Shown here one piece after another: positions 48,762 to 58,148 of a DNA stretch of 64,000 nt. A program made the position numbers and the translations under genes. Source of the stretch: Dehalococcoidia bacterium. Its GTDB lineage: Bacteria; Chloroflexota; Dehalococcoidia; UBA2979. The notes below the pieces were generated by a model that worked only from the letters and a program-made list of their open reading frames with translations, was not told where the DNA came from and made no database searches. Position 1 is the stretch's first letter; the number at the start of each line of letters is the position of its first letter. The stretch is taken from positions 704,001-768,000 of the forward strand of contig OZ219871.1 in NCBI GenBank assembly GCA_964291495.2. Reading direction: 5' to 3'.

Positions 48762-50042
48762 ATGAGAGTGGCATTGGCAGGCCTGCGCACGGTCGCGGCG
48801 TTCGTGGTCCTCGCAGCACTGGCGGCGCTTGTCGCCGCCTGCGACGGCGACGATGGCGAGGACCGGCCGGGCACGGTGGAGGTCGTCGACGGGGGATCGG
48901 CGTCGGTATCGGCCTCCGTCTCCGGTGTCAGCGGGTCCGTCTCCGGCACGGGGACTGGCACGGGCACGGCGACCGGCTCCGTTTCCGGCACGGGGACCGG
49001 CACGGGCACGGCGACCGGCTCGGCGACCGGAACCGGCACGGGCACGGCGACCAGGGCTGACGAGCGGGGCCTCTTCATCCCGGTGGGTCAGCCTGCCGAG
49101 ACGGAAGGCCCTACCAGGTCGGACGGCTACTACTACCCCACGACGAACCGGGAGATCTACCAGAAGATCGCCTCGGACTACCAGGAGATCGCCTCACTCA
49201 CCAACGTGATCAAGGATGGCGAACCCTTGCCCGCGGCGGAGATCTGGCTGCTCTATGAAGCTGGTCCGCACACCCGCATCGGCAACCAGAGCCGGACACT
49301 CCGCAGCTTCGCAGCTGGCACCACGCCGGGCCGCTATTTCCCGGATGCCGCGGAGTTCTACGGGTCCGGCACGTTCCTCGACAGCCCGATCCAGAACGCA
49401 GTGCGCCAGCGCGGCGACGCGGCGGACTACACCGACGCGCAACGGCGTCAGGCCATCAACAAGGGCATCCTCCGGGTCCTCTACCACTGGTCCAAGTTCT
49501 ACATGATCATCGGCGGCGACTTCATGCGATCCGGCCTCGTGGACGAGGCATGGGCCGTCTACGTCGGCGAGGAAGTCGACGGCGAGTACCCGAACTCGCT
49601 GGCTGCCCTGGCCCGGTCGCGGGAGGGCAACTTCGGCAGGGAAGGGACGCTGGACGTTCCCCTCCGCGAGGCGATGGAGCAAGCCCGGCAGGCGGCCGAC
49701 GCGGGGGACGAAGCGGCCTACGCAAGCGCGGCGCGGGACGTGTACTCGCGATTCAACGCCATCTTCTACCTGGCAACCGTGCGGTACATCGGCATCGCGC
49801 AGGAAGACGTACAGAACGGCGACGACCCGGGCACGCACCAGGTTGAAGCGCTGGCGTTCTACCAGTCGATCCAGCCCGAGGTCGCCAGGGCCGACCCGGC
49901 TGCCGACGAGACGATCATCGCCTACCTCACGGCTGAGCCGGACCAGGTCACGGCTGCGTCGCGGGACGCGGCTCTGGCCGCGCTCAACAGGACGGCGGAG
50001 GCCCTCCTGCTGAAGCAGAGCGACCTGGTGGCGAGCTACTAG
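48762..50042 (+). CDS. Lipoprotein with Gly/Ser/Thr linker and FEA1 (low-iron-inducible protein)-like domain
   Basis: Lipobox LVAAC. DEAWAVY, SREGNFG and EALAFY...PEV resemble the FEA1/ISIP2a family (from recall, not searched). Confidence 0.65.
   Translation: MRVALAGLRTVAAFVVLAALAALVAACDGDDGEDRPGTVEVVDGGSASVSASVSGVSGSVSGTGTGTGTATGSVSGTGTGTGTATGSATGTGTGTATRADERGLFIPVGQPAETEGPTRSDGYYYPTTNREIYQKIASDYQEIASLTNVIKDGEPLPAAEIWLLYEAGPHTRIGNQSRTLRSFAAGTTPGRYFPDAAEFYGSGTFLDSPIQNAVRQRGDAADYTDAQRRQAINKGILRVLYHWSKFYMIIGGDFMRSGLVDEAWAVYVGEEVDGEYPNSLAALARSREGNFGREGTLDVPLREAMEQARQAADAGDEAAYASAARDVYSRFNAIFYLATVRYIGIAQEDVQNGDDPGTHQVEALAFYQSIQPEVARADPAADETIIAYLTAEPDQVTAASRDAALAALNRTAEALLLKQSDLVASY
48933..49052 (+). 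repeat. Coding direct repeat GSVSGTGTGTGTAT x2 plus a partial copy
   Basis: 42-bp units at 48933-48974 and 48975-49016. Confidence 0.85.
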
Positions 50043-50126
50043 CGACCAGCCCCGAGGCGACGCCGGCGGCGGGGCGGCCCCTGCCCCGACTCCGCCGCCG
50101 GCGCCCCGGGCTCGGAGGATCCGACC

Positions 50127-50945
50127 ATGAAGATCACCATCGCGGGCTACGGCTCGATCGGCCACTACGTCGCCGACCTGTTCCGCGACCTCGAGCCTGC
50201 CCTCTACGACCCGCCGCTCGGCCTCGGCACGGTCGAGGATCTGCGCGACACGGACTTCGTGATCGTCTGCGTACCGACGCCGCCCCTGCCCTCCGGCGCG
50301 TGCGACACCTCCATCGTCGAGGAAGTCGTGAGGCTCGCCGATCCGCGCGTGGCGATCGTCTGTCACAGCACGGTCGCCGTCGGCACGACGGAGCGGCTGA
50401 TCGCGGGGACGGGGAAGCCGATCGTCTTCGTCCCCGAGTACGCGGGCGAGGCGGACGATCATCCGCTGCGCAACCCCGCGAACCGCCGCTTCCTGATCTA
50501 CGGCGGCCACGAGCCCGCGACGTCCGCCGTACAGGCGCTCTACGAGCAGGCGTACGGACCCGGCCTGCGGCACTTCCGCGTGGCCCCGACGCTCGCCGAG
50601 GTCGTGAAGTACATGGAGAACGCCTTCCTCGCCGCGAAGGTCGCGTTCTGCAACGAGTTCTTCGACCTCTGCAACGCGGCGGGCGTGGACTACGAGTGGG
50701 CCCGCCTGCTCTGGCTGCAGGACGATCGCATCAACCCCAGCCACACCGTCGTCACCGAGGAACGCGGCTACGGCGGGCAGTGCCTGCCCAAGGACGTGGC
50801 CGCGGTCTGCGACGCCGGACGCGAGCTGGGCGCGCCGATGGCGATCCTCGAGGCGGTCCAGGCGGCGAACGTGCGGCATCGAATCAGCGGCGCGAGCGCG
50901 GCGGCGGCCGCGCTGCCCGCCGCTGCGGGGGTACAGGGAAGATGA
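50127..50945 (+). CDS. UDP-glucose/GDP-mannose dehydrogenase family, lacking the C-terminal domain
   Basis: GYGSIG, CVPTP, STV..GTT, PE, KY.EN, GYGGQCLPKD catalytic Cys. Only 272 aa. Confidence 0.85.
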   Translation: MKITIAGYGSIGHYVADLFRDLEPALYDPPLGLGTVEDLRDTDFVIVCVPTPPLPSGACDTSIVEEVVRLADPRVAIVCHSTVAVGTTERLIAGTGKPIVFVPEYAGEADDHPLRNPANRRFLIYGGHEPATSAVQALYEQAYGPGLRHFRVAPTLAEVVKYMENAFLAAKVAFCNEFFDLCNAAGVDYEWARLLWLQDDRINPSHTVVTEERGYGGQCLPKDVAAVCDAGRELGAPMAILEAVQAANVRHRISGASAAAAALPAAAGVQGR

Positions 50946-51436
50946 ACGGCCGACGCATGAAGATCGGCGGCATGAGCCGCTGCGACTGCGGGCGCCACAC
51001 CTGGCTGGTGCTCCACGAACGCGAAGGCGAGACGCACGTCTGGCTGCGCGTTCACGCGGACCTCGCCAGCTGGTTCACGCCGGACCACGGCGGCATCACG
51101 CGCCTCGTCCGGGCCCTCGGCGACGTGCTGCAGGGCATCGGCCAGGAGCCGCGCGCCGTGATCGTCAGCTACGACGCGAAGCGCCGCATCCGGCTGCGCC
51201 TGCGCCTCGCCGGGAGCGTCGGCGAGACCGACGTCGAGTGCGAGCCGGGGGTCGCGCTGCTCGCCGCCGAGCGGATCGGGCTGCCGATCCTGCTGCAGTC
51301 GGCAGCACCCGACGGCGATTCGCCGGCGCGTCCCGCCGAGCCGGCGAAGACCGCGATCCCCGAGGTCTACCGCGAGGCGCTGGCTGAGCTGGGGCTGCTG
51401 GAAGGGGCGCCGGACTGCCTGGACCGGCTCGACTGA
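50942..51436 (+). CDS. Hypothetical protein, degenerate DUF151/bifunctional-nuclease-like
   Basis: ATGA overlap with the dehydrogenase. N-terminal CDC..H. C-terminal V.C.P..ALLAA...GLPI pattern. Confidence 0.55.
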   Translation: MNGRRMKIGGMSRCDCGRHTWLVLHEREGETHVWLRVHADLASWFTPDHGGITRLVRALGDVLQGIGQEPRAVIVSYDAKRRIRLRLRLAGSVGETDVECEPGVALLAAERIGLPILLQSAAPDGDSPARPAEPAKTAIPEVYREALAELGLLEGAPDCLDRLD

Positions 51437-52872
51437 TTCGACGGCGCGGGCGGCCCCCGGCGTCCCGCGCGGGGACGCCAGGTGAGAGCCGCCCACGCCG
51501 CCAGGGCGAGGCCTCCGAGGCCAAGCCAGGCGACGGTGAGCAGCCACGTTTCGGTCGTCCACGAGGTGTACTGCGGGAACAGTCCGGCCACGCCCCGGAA
51601 GAACACGGCCTGTAGCTCGAACGGGTCGACCGCGATCACGACCTCGCGCGAGCGGCCGGCCTCGGCGAGCGCCGCCGTCACGGCGAGCGAGTAGACGCCG
51701 AGCGCCACGAGCGCGGCGCGCCAGGCACGACCGCCCCTCGAGGCGACGAGGACGAGCGGGATCGGCAGCAGCGGGAAGACCGTCACGAGCGTGCGGCCGG
51801 GGAACCACCAGCCCATCATCGTGATTACGACGAAGGTCGCGATCAGCACCTGCACGGCGACGAGGCCCAGCACGAGGCGCTGCCTCTCGTCGCCGCGCGC
51901 CAGCAGCAGCAACCCCGGCACGACGGCGAGCAGCAGCGGCGCCCAGCGCGCGACGCCGAAACGCCGGTCGATCAGCAGCCCCCACAGCCGGTAGACCCGA
52001 TCGCCGAACTCGACGTGCTCCCCGACGATCGTGGCCGTGGAGCCGCCCGCGTAGACGAGGTTCACGTTGTACGGCGTGAGCGACTCATAGGTCACGAGGT
52101 GGAACGCGCCGTAGACGAGCCCGGAGACGGCCCCGCCTCCGAGGAGCACGAGCCGCCCTCGGGGTTCGGCGCGCCAGAGGACGTAGAGCGCGACCAGCGC
52201 GGCGAGCGGCGCGTACTTCGCGCCCAGCCACGGCAGCGCGGAGAGCAGCAGCACCAGCACCAGCACCCGACCGGCCGGGAGGCGCTCGCGCCCCGTCGCG
52301 ACGAGCAGCGCCCCCACGAGCGCGAGGGCGGCAGGTACCTCGGGATAGACCTCGGAGGAGTAGATAAACGCCGTCGCGCTGAGGGCAACGGCGGCTGTCG
52401 CCAGCCAGACCGGCAGCGGCCGCGCCTCGGTCAGCCGCAGCGCGAGCAGGTAGGCGAGCGCCCAGGTCAGCGCCGCGATCAGCACGAGTTGGAGCTGTGC
52501 CCCCGCCAGCCCAGTGAGGGCGAACCCCGGCAGGAGCAGCACGGAAAGCCCGACGTTGTGCGGGCTCAGCACCCGTCCGTCCTCGAGCGGGACGGACTGC
52601 GTCCACAGCCCGTCGCGATGGTCGAAGAACGACTCGTACGAGCGCGTCGCGTACTGCTCGCGGAGATCGAGGTTCCCGTCCTCCAGCAGGCTCTGCGTCG
52701 TGATCAGGTAGAACGGTTCATCGCCGGTGATCGAGGCGCCTCGGCTGGCGCGGATGTCGATCGACGTGCTGTAGACGACGGCCAGCAGTGCAAAGAGCGC
52801 GATCGCCCCGGCCATGCCCGGCCGGGCGCGGGCGAGTTGCGCCAGTGAGCCTGTCGCGTCCGTCAGTCGCAC
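51367..52872 (-). CDS. Polytopic membrane protein, GT-C-fold glycosyltransferase-like
   Basis: TM1 followed by GDEPFYL acidic loop, YPE, more than 10 TM segments, late GR motif. GGAGAG before GTG 52872. Confidence 0.7.
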   Translation of the reverse strand: MRLTDATGSLAQLARARPGMAGAIALFALLAVVYSTSIDIRASRGASITGDEPFYLITTQSLLEDGNLDLREQYATRSYESFFDHRDGLWTQSVPLEDGRVLSPHNVGLSVLLLPGFALTGLAGAQLQLVLIAALTWALAYLLALRLTEARPLPVWLATAAVALSATAFIYSSEVYPEVPAALALVGALLVATGRERLPAGRVLVLVLLLSALPWLGAKYAPLAALVALYVLWRAEPRGRLVLLGGGAVSGLVYGAFHLVTYESLTPYNVNLVYAGGSTATIVGEHVEFGDRVYRLWGLLIDRRFGVARWAPLLLAVVPGLLLLARGDERQRLVLGLVAVQVLIATFVVITMMGWWFPGRTLVTVFPLLPIPLVLVASRGGRAWRAALVALGVYSLAVTAALAEAGRSREVVIAVDPFELQAVFFRGVAGLFPQYTSWTTETWLLTVAWLGLGGLALAAWAALTWRPRAGRRGPPAPSNQSSRSRQSGAPSSSPSSASASR

Positions 52873-53011
52873 GGCGCTCTCCGGGAGGATTGACGCGCAA
52901 TCGAGGGCTCCTCGGGACCCCTCACGCCGCCATTGTCGCACCACTGGCGGGATTGCCACCGCGTCGCGACCCACGCGCGCCTTCGAGCGCGTGCCGCGCG
53001 AAACGACACGC

Positions 53012-53048
53012 GCCTGGAGAGCTACCCTAACTTTCTACATTATGTCTA
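53012..53048 (-). promoter_or_regulatory. AT-rich promoter region with DtxR/IdeR-like half-site
   Basis: Minus strand TAGACA-N12-TTAGGGTAG mirrors TTGACA-N13-TTAGGTTAG at 45475. Confidence 0.45.
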
Positions 53049-53121
53049 TCATGCACACACATGGTTCCCCTGTTCAGAGCTGCTAACGCAGGGTTGCCCA
53101 AGATGCCGCCGGAGCGACGGC

Positions 53122-53934
53122 TCAGCGCAGCTTCCACTCGGGCGGGCGCCTCTCGGCAAAGGCCCTCGGGCCTTCGATCGAGTCTTCCATCGCCTCGACC
53201 TTGTCGAACAGGGCGAGCCCGAAGCGCTGCGCCCAGTGATCGTCCTGGAAGAGGTAGCGGTAGATGAGCTCCTTGTGCGTCCAGACCGAGACCGGGCCCA
53301 TCTCGCAGACCTCCTCGGCCCACTGGATGGCTTCGTCGAGCAGTTGCTCCCTCGGCACGACCTTGTTGACCCAGCCGACCTCGTACATCCGCTGAGCGGT
53401 GTATTGCCGTGCACCCCACAGGGTCATCTCCATGACCATTGCGGGCGGAATCATGCGTGCCGCCTGCGCCATGAACGACGCCGGGAGGTTCCAGCGCACC
53501 TCCGGAACCCCGAACATCGCGTGCTCCGCAGCGATGCGCACATCGCAGATCTGGGAGAGGAACCAGCCCCCTGCCACGGCGAAGCCGTTGACCGCGCCGA
53601 TGATCGGCTTCCAAAACTCGTGGTCCACCGGGGCGAGCTTGGCCCAGCCACCCTGATCGTCGACGTACTGGACGAAGCCGCCCTCGTACTCCTCGTCCAG
53701 CTCGGCGCGATCCTTGAGGTCCTCGCCGGCGCAGAAGAAGCGGTCACCCACCGCGGTCAGGATCACAGCCCAGATTTCGTCGTCGGCCTTGAGCCGCGGC
53801 CACTCCTGAGCAAGGCGGCGCGCGAGGTCGAAGTTGATCGAGTTCCCGCGCTCCTCGCGGTTCACGGTCAGCACCGCATAGTGCTTCTCCGGCACCCGCT
53901 CGACGAGCAGCACGTCATCTCCGCGTATCGCCAT
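53122..53934 (-). CDS. Enoyl-CoA hydratase/isomerase family protein
   Basis: FCAGEDL, KPIIGAVNGFAVAGG, FGVPEV, EGPRAFAERR.P.W. Confidence 0.92.
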   Translation of the reverse strand: MAIRGDDVLLVERVPEKHYAVLTVNREERGNSINFDLARRLAQEWPRLKADDEIWAVILTAVGDRFFCAGEDLKDRAELDEEYEGGFVQYVDDQGGWAKLAPVDHEFWKPIIGAVNGFAVAGGWFLSQICDVRIAAEHAMFGVPEVRWNLPASFMAQAARMIPPAMVMEMTLWGARQYTAQRMYEVGWVNKVVPREQLLDEAIQWAEEVCEMGPVSVWTHKELIYRYLFQDDHWAQRFGLALFDKVEAMEDSIEGPRAFAERRPPEWKLR

Positions 53935-53958
53935 GTCGTCCCTCCCCGGGTTCCGCAC

Positions 53959-54408
53959 TCACTCCCGCGAGGGGAGCAGCACGGTGCCTTGCGCCGGTGT
54001 CGCAACCCCCTCGCGGTCGTTTGCGATCGAGAGCTCGATCTCGACGGCGTTGCCGTCGTCGGTCTGTTCCTTGGCGACCACCTTGCCGCTCACTGTGATG
54101 GTGTCGTCCGGCATGTTCATGCGCCGCATCTCGAAGTGCAGCCTGCGCACCCAGCCCTCCGGTCCGGCAAAGTCTGCGAGGAGTCGGTAGAGCTGCGCGC
54201 GCGTCCAGCCGGTGTTGTAGAAGACGGTGCGGTGCCCTCCCGACTGCGCAAACGGCGGGTCGTGATGCACCGCGTAGAAGTCCTGCGAGCCGCTCACCTG
54301 TTTGACCATCTCCGTCCAGTCGAGCGGGTAGGAGAAGCCCGGCAGTTCGTCGCCCACGCTCACGTCCTCGAAGTAGATCTGCGGTAGCGGGTCCAGCTTG
54401 ACGGCCAT
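53959..54408 (-). CDS. MaoC-like dehydratase
   Basis: YFEDV.VG, QDFYAVHHD (Asp/His hydratase motif), LPSR end. Confidence 0.87.
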   Translation of the reverse strand: MAVKLDPLPQIYFEDVSVGDELPGFSYPLDWTEMVKQVSGSQDFYAVHHDPPFAQSGGHRTVFYNTGWTRAQLYRLLADFAGPEGWVRRLHFEMRRMNMPDDTITVSGKVVAKEQTDDGNAVEIELSIANDREGVATPAQGTVLLPSRE

Positions 54409-54432
54409 CGCCGTGCTCCCTCGTCTGTGGGC

Positions 54433-55008
54433 CTACGCCGCGTGCAGCCCGAGCGGGTCGGGGTTGGCCTCGACCTCCTCGGGCGCGCGGTGGCGCAGGC
54501 TCGTGTTGCGGCTGATCGCGACGAGCTCGTCGTCCTGGTTGTAGAAGCGCGTCTCGTCGATGATCCAGATCGCGTTCGGGTCGAGGCCGATCGGCTTGAC
54601 GAAGACGTCCGCGATCGAGGGCTGCAACCAGAGCCTGTCGCCGATCTTGATGGCCTTCAAGAACTCCCACGTCGTGCTGAGGTTGATCGCCCGATCGCCG
54701 ATTACGGGAACGTCGAGGTCCTCGTTGTCGGGCGCCGGGATATCGGGGCCGCCGTTCCAGTTTGGCCACGTCCCGTCGCCGGCGAAGTAGTCGGCCATCA
54801 CGCCGGGGGCGATGTTGTCGCCGTACTGGCTGTTCCGCCCGTACTCGGGGTCGATGAACAGCGGGTTCCTCCCGTAGCACATGTGCTCATGACGGCGGAT
54901 CGGATCATGCTCCACCGGGTAGAGGCCATCCTTCCGCTCGCCCGTTCGTCCTATGTACCGCTCCCGGATCTGGTCGATGTCGTAATCGGCCGCTGCTACC
55001 TTCGGCAT
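54433..55008 (-). CDS. MaoC N-terminal-type hot-dog protein
   Basis: VE...IRR, NPLF.D.EY, IAP, WEF...I..GD.L, YNQ..ELV. Confidence 0.85.
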   Translation of the reverse strand: MPKVAAADYDIDQIRERYIGRTGERKDGLYPVEHDPIRRHEHMCYGRNPLFIDPEYGRNSQYGDNIAPGVMADYFAGDGTWPNWNGGPDIPAPDNEDLDVPVIGDRAINLSTTWEFLKAIKIGDRLWLQPSIADVFVKPIGLDPNAIWIIDETRFYNQDDELVAISRNTSLRHRAPEEVEANPDPLGLHAA

Positions 55009-55059
55009 TGACTCCCCCTCACCCGACGCCACGCACGGGCGCCGGCTCACCGGCGCCGC

Positions 55060-55530
55060 TTAGATGTACGCCCAGTGCACCAGCGAGTACGGGGGGTCGT
55101 GATCGGGGTGGTGCTCGAACACCGCCTCGACCTCGGCGCCGATGACGACGTCTCCCTCCGGCTCGCCGAGCAGGTTCCCGAGCATGCGGATGTTCCCGGC
55201 CTGCGGGAGCTCGACGAGGACAACCACGTACGGCACTGCCTCGACGAGCGCCGGGTGCACCGGATGCCACGCGCGCTCCCAGGAGTAGATTCGCCCGCGC
55301 GGCTCCACCTCCCGCCACTCGAGGTCGTACGTGTGACAGCTGTAGCAGAGCCACTCCGGGCCCCACTGCCATACCTCGCAGGAGGGGCAGAACTGAACCA
55401 GCAGCTCGTTGCGGGCGGCGCCCTCCCAGTAGGGGCGGTCGAGCTCGTTCATCAACGGCACCGGGAACGCCGGAGCCTCGGCGAAGTATGCGCCGCCGGC
55501 CTGGATCTCGGACCTCGTCGCGTTGGCCAT
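55060..55530 (-). CDS. DUF35 Zn-ribbon/OB-fold protein
   Basis: PYWEG, CPSC...CYSC, GRIYSW, PYVVVLVEL. Confidence 0.9.
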   Translation of the reverse strand: MANATRSEIQAGGAYFAEAPAFPVPLMNELDRPYWEGAARNELLVQFCPSCEVWQWGPEWLCYSCHTYDLEWREVEPRGRIYSWERAWHPVHPALVEAVPYVVVLVELPQAGNIRMLGNLLGEPEGDVVIGAEVEAVFEHHPDHDPPYSLVHWAYI

Positions 55531-55540
55531 CGTTCGTTCC

Positions 55541-56713
55541 CTACACTTCCGCACCGAGGATGAGGTTGCTTGTCGGCTCGACCATCGGCCCCGAGGCGAC
55601 GAGCGAGATCTCCGCGCCCTCGACCTGTGAGGTCGAGGTGCCGCGTACCTGGCGCGTCGCCTCGGTGATCAGCTCGAAGCCGTGCATGTAGCACTCGGCC
55701 AGATTGCCGCCGCTCGTGTTCAGCGGGAGGTCTCCCGTGTCGAAACGGAAGTTCTCGAGGGTGAATTCCTCGTTGACCCGCTCCGCCGGAACCAGCCCGT
55801 GCTCGACGATGCTCATCATCACGCCGCCGGTGAAGTTCTCGTACATCTGCACGACGTCGACCTCGTCCGGCTTGACCTCGGCCATCTCGTAGAGCCGCTT
55901 GGCCGTCACCTTGAAGTTGGAGGTCGCGTAGTCCGGCGCGTTGTGGGCCGAGGCGGATTGCCGGTAGCCCGACCCCTGAGCGGCCCCCAGGATGTACGCC
56001 GGCTTCTGCTTCAGGTCGCGGGCGCGCTCGGCGCTGGTGATGATCGCCGCCGCCGAGCCGTCGTTCTCCTGGCAGCAGTCGTAGAGGTGGAACGGCTCGA
56101 CGATCCAGCGCGAGTTGTCGTACGTCTCCTCGTCGAGTGGGCGGCCATACATGACCGCGCGCGGGTTGCGCTGGGCGTGGTAGTAGCAGGCGAGCGAGAT
56201 CGCCCGCAGCGCCGACTGTTCCACGCCGTGCTCGTACATGTAGCGGTGGGTCTTCATCGCGAACATCTGCGCCGGCGACATCACCCCGTATGGCATCGCG
56301 AGGGCGTCCGGCCCCTCCACGCCGCCCGCCGCGACAGGCCCGCCGAAGCGTCCGAACTCGCCCTGCGAGAGCGCGCGGTAGGCGACGGCGTAGTCGCAGA
56401 GCCCGGTGGCCACGGCCGCGGCCGCGTTCATGATCGCGGCCGAGCCGCCGCCGCCGCCGCCGCCCCAGACCATCGAGCTGACCTTCAGGTCCTCGATACC
56501 CAGCGCCGTGGCGAAGCGGATCCCCTCGTTGCGGTCCATCGAGTAGGAGAAGAAGCCGTCGATCTCGCGAATGTCGATGCCGGCATCGTCGGCCGCCTTC
56601 TGCATGGCCATCAGGCCAAGCTTGAACTCGGCGTCCTCTGCCCCGCCCCGCTTGTAGTAGGCGGTCTCCCCGATGCCGACGATCGCGGCCTTCCCCCGAA
56701 TCGTCTCCGTCAT
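55541..56713 (-). CDS. Ltp2-like thiolase-fold protein (probable retro-aldolase)
   Basis: No catalytic Cys (GGGGGGS). DCCQENDG, YENFT and GGNLAECYMHG with both Ltp2-type Tyr positions. Confidence 0.87.
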   Translation of the reverse strand: MTETIRGKAAIVGIGETAYYKRGGAEDAEFKLGLMAMQKAADDAGIDIREIDGFFSYSMDRNEGIRFATALGIEDLKVSSMVWGGGGGGGSAAIMNAAAAVATGLCDYAVAYRALSQGEFGRFGGPVAAGGVEGPDALAMPYGVMSPAQMFAMKTHRYMYEHGVEQSALRAISLACYYHAQRNPRAVMYGRPLDEETYDNSRWIVEPFHLYDCCQENDGSAAAIITSAERARDLKQKPAYILGAAQGSGYRQSASAHNAPDYATSNFKVTAKRLYEMAEVKPDEVDVVQMYENFTGGVMMSIVEHGLVPAERVNEEFTLENFRFDTGDLPLNTSGGNLAECYMHGFELITEATRQVRGTSTSQVEGAEISLVASGPMVEPTSNLILGAEV

Positions 56714-56756
56714 CTGCCCCTCCAATCGCTGCTCGTGCAGACCCGTTGTTCTCCGC

Positions 56757-58148
56757 TCACGCTGTGGCGTCGCTCCCGTACGTGTCGCCGAACCGCTCCA
56801 TCATGCGTTCCCTGTAGCGGGTATCGAACTCGACGATCCGCAGTTGAGCCGCGGGCGGCAGGTTCAGCCGCTCCTCGAGGTCGGCGGGCGGCGGCTTCAT
56901 CTCGGCCGCATCCGGGGTGACTCCCATCGCACCCGAGGCGACGTACTGCTCGTACTCCTCCTCGCTGCATCCCAGCAGCTCGGTCGCAACCAGGTGGTTG
57001 TGCTCGCCGAGCATAGGGGCGCGCGCACGCAGTTCGGCGGGGGTGCGGGAGAGCACAGCCGAGGCGCCGGGCCAGGCCCGGCGGCCGGCCCCCTGCTCCG
57101 GCGCATGGTCGACGAGCCAGAAGAACCCGCGGGCCTCGAGGTGTGGGTCGAGCAGCAGGTCGCGCGCGTTGGCCGCGACGGCGGCCGGCACGCCTCGAGC
57201 CTGCAGCTCGGAGACCGCCTCGTCGCCGTCGCGGGACCGCGCCCACGTCTCCAGCGCCTCGTGGATCCGTTCCTGCTCGGCGGCGGAGAGCGGCTGCGCC
57301 CAGGGATCGCGATCGCCGTCGAGCGCCTCGAATTCGATCAGCTCGCGCAGCCCGTCCCACGCGGCGCGGTCGCAGACGTCGACCGCGAGCCAGCGCGAGC
57401 CGTCGGCGCACGGGTAGCAGCCGGCGATCGGGTGACCGTCGTCGCCGTTCCCGCGCGGACCGGGGACGCTCGCGCCGAAGGCGCGGGCGACGTGCGCGTC
57501 GCCGATCAGGTTGACGCCCACCTCGTACTGCGAGACGTCCACCCATGCGCCCTTGCCGGTGCGGTCGCGCCGCTCGAGCGCGGCGACCATGAGGAAGGCG
57601 ATGTGATAGGTCGCTGGGTGGTCGGTGAGGGGAATCGTGCCGCGCTGGGCTTCCTCGCCCGCGTAGCCGTTGAGCGAGGTAATCCCGCTCATGACCTCGC
57701 TCATCATTCCGTACGAGCGGATCTCGCTGTAGGGACCGCCGTACCCGTAGCCGGAGGTGGAGACGTAGACGAGATCCTCGCGCGCGGCGCGCAGGTCCTC
57801 GTAGCCCAGCCCAAGGTCCTCCATGAGCCCCGGCGGATGGCTATCGAGGACGATGTCGCAGTCGGCGACCAGGCGCAGGAACAACTCGCGGCCCTGCGGG
57901 TTCCCCACGTCCAGCCCAACGCAGTAGTCCTTGTTCCGATGCTGCTCCAGGTAGATGCCGCTCTGCTCCCAGTACGGATCGCCGGCGACGCCGTCGGGGA
58001 AGCAGAAGTTCCGCCCCAGGTCCGGCCGCCGGTAGTGCTCGACGCGGACGATCTCGGCGCCGAAGTCGGCGAGCAGGCGCGCGGGGAACGTGCCCGCCTG
58101 CACGATCCCGTTGTCCAGCACGCGCACGCCGTCGAGTGCGCCGGGCAT
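56757..58148 (-). CDS. CoA-transferase family III (BbsF-like subunit)
   Basis: VRVLD, GAEIVRVE, HRNK, LTDH catalytic Asp. TGATG overlap with the upstream gene. Confidence 0.88.
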   Translation of the reverse strand: MPGALDGVRVLDNGIVQAGTFPARLLADFGAEIVRVEHYRRPDLGRNFCFPDGVAGDPYWEQSGIYLEQHRNKDYCVGLDVGNPQGRELFLRLVADCDIVLDSHPPGLMEDLGLGYEDLRAAREDLVYVSTSGYGYGGPYSEIRSYGMMSEVMSGITSLNGYAGEEAQRGTIPLTDHPATYHIAFLMVAALERRDRTGKGAWVDVSQYEVGVNLIGDAHVARAFGASVPGPRGNGDDGHPIAGCYPCADGSRWLAVDVCDRAAWDGLRELIEFEALDGDRDPWAQPLSAAEQERIHEALETWARSRDGDEAVSELQARGVPAAVAANARDLLLDPHLEARGFFWLVDHAPEQGAGRRAWPGASAVLSRTPAELRARAPMLGEHNHLVATELLGCSEEEYEQYVASGAMGVTPDAAEMKPPPADLEERLNLPPAAQLRIVEFDTRYRERMMERFGDTYGSDATA

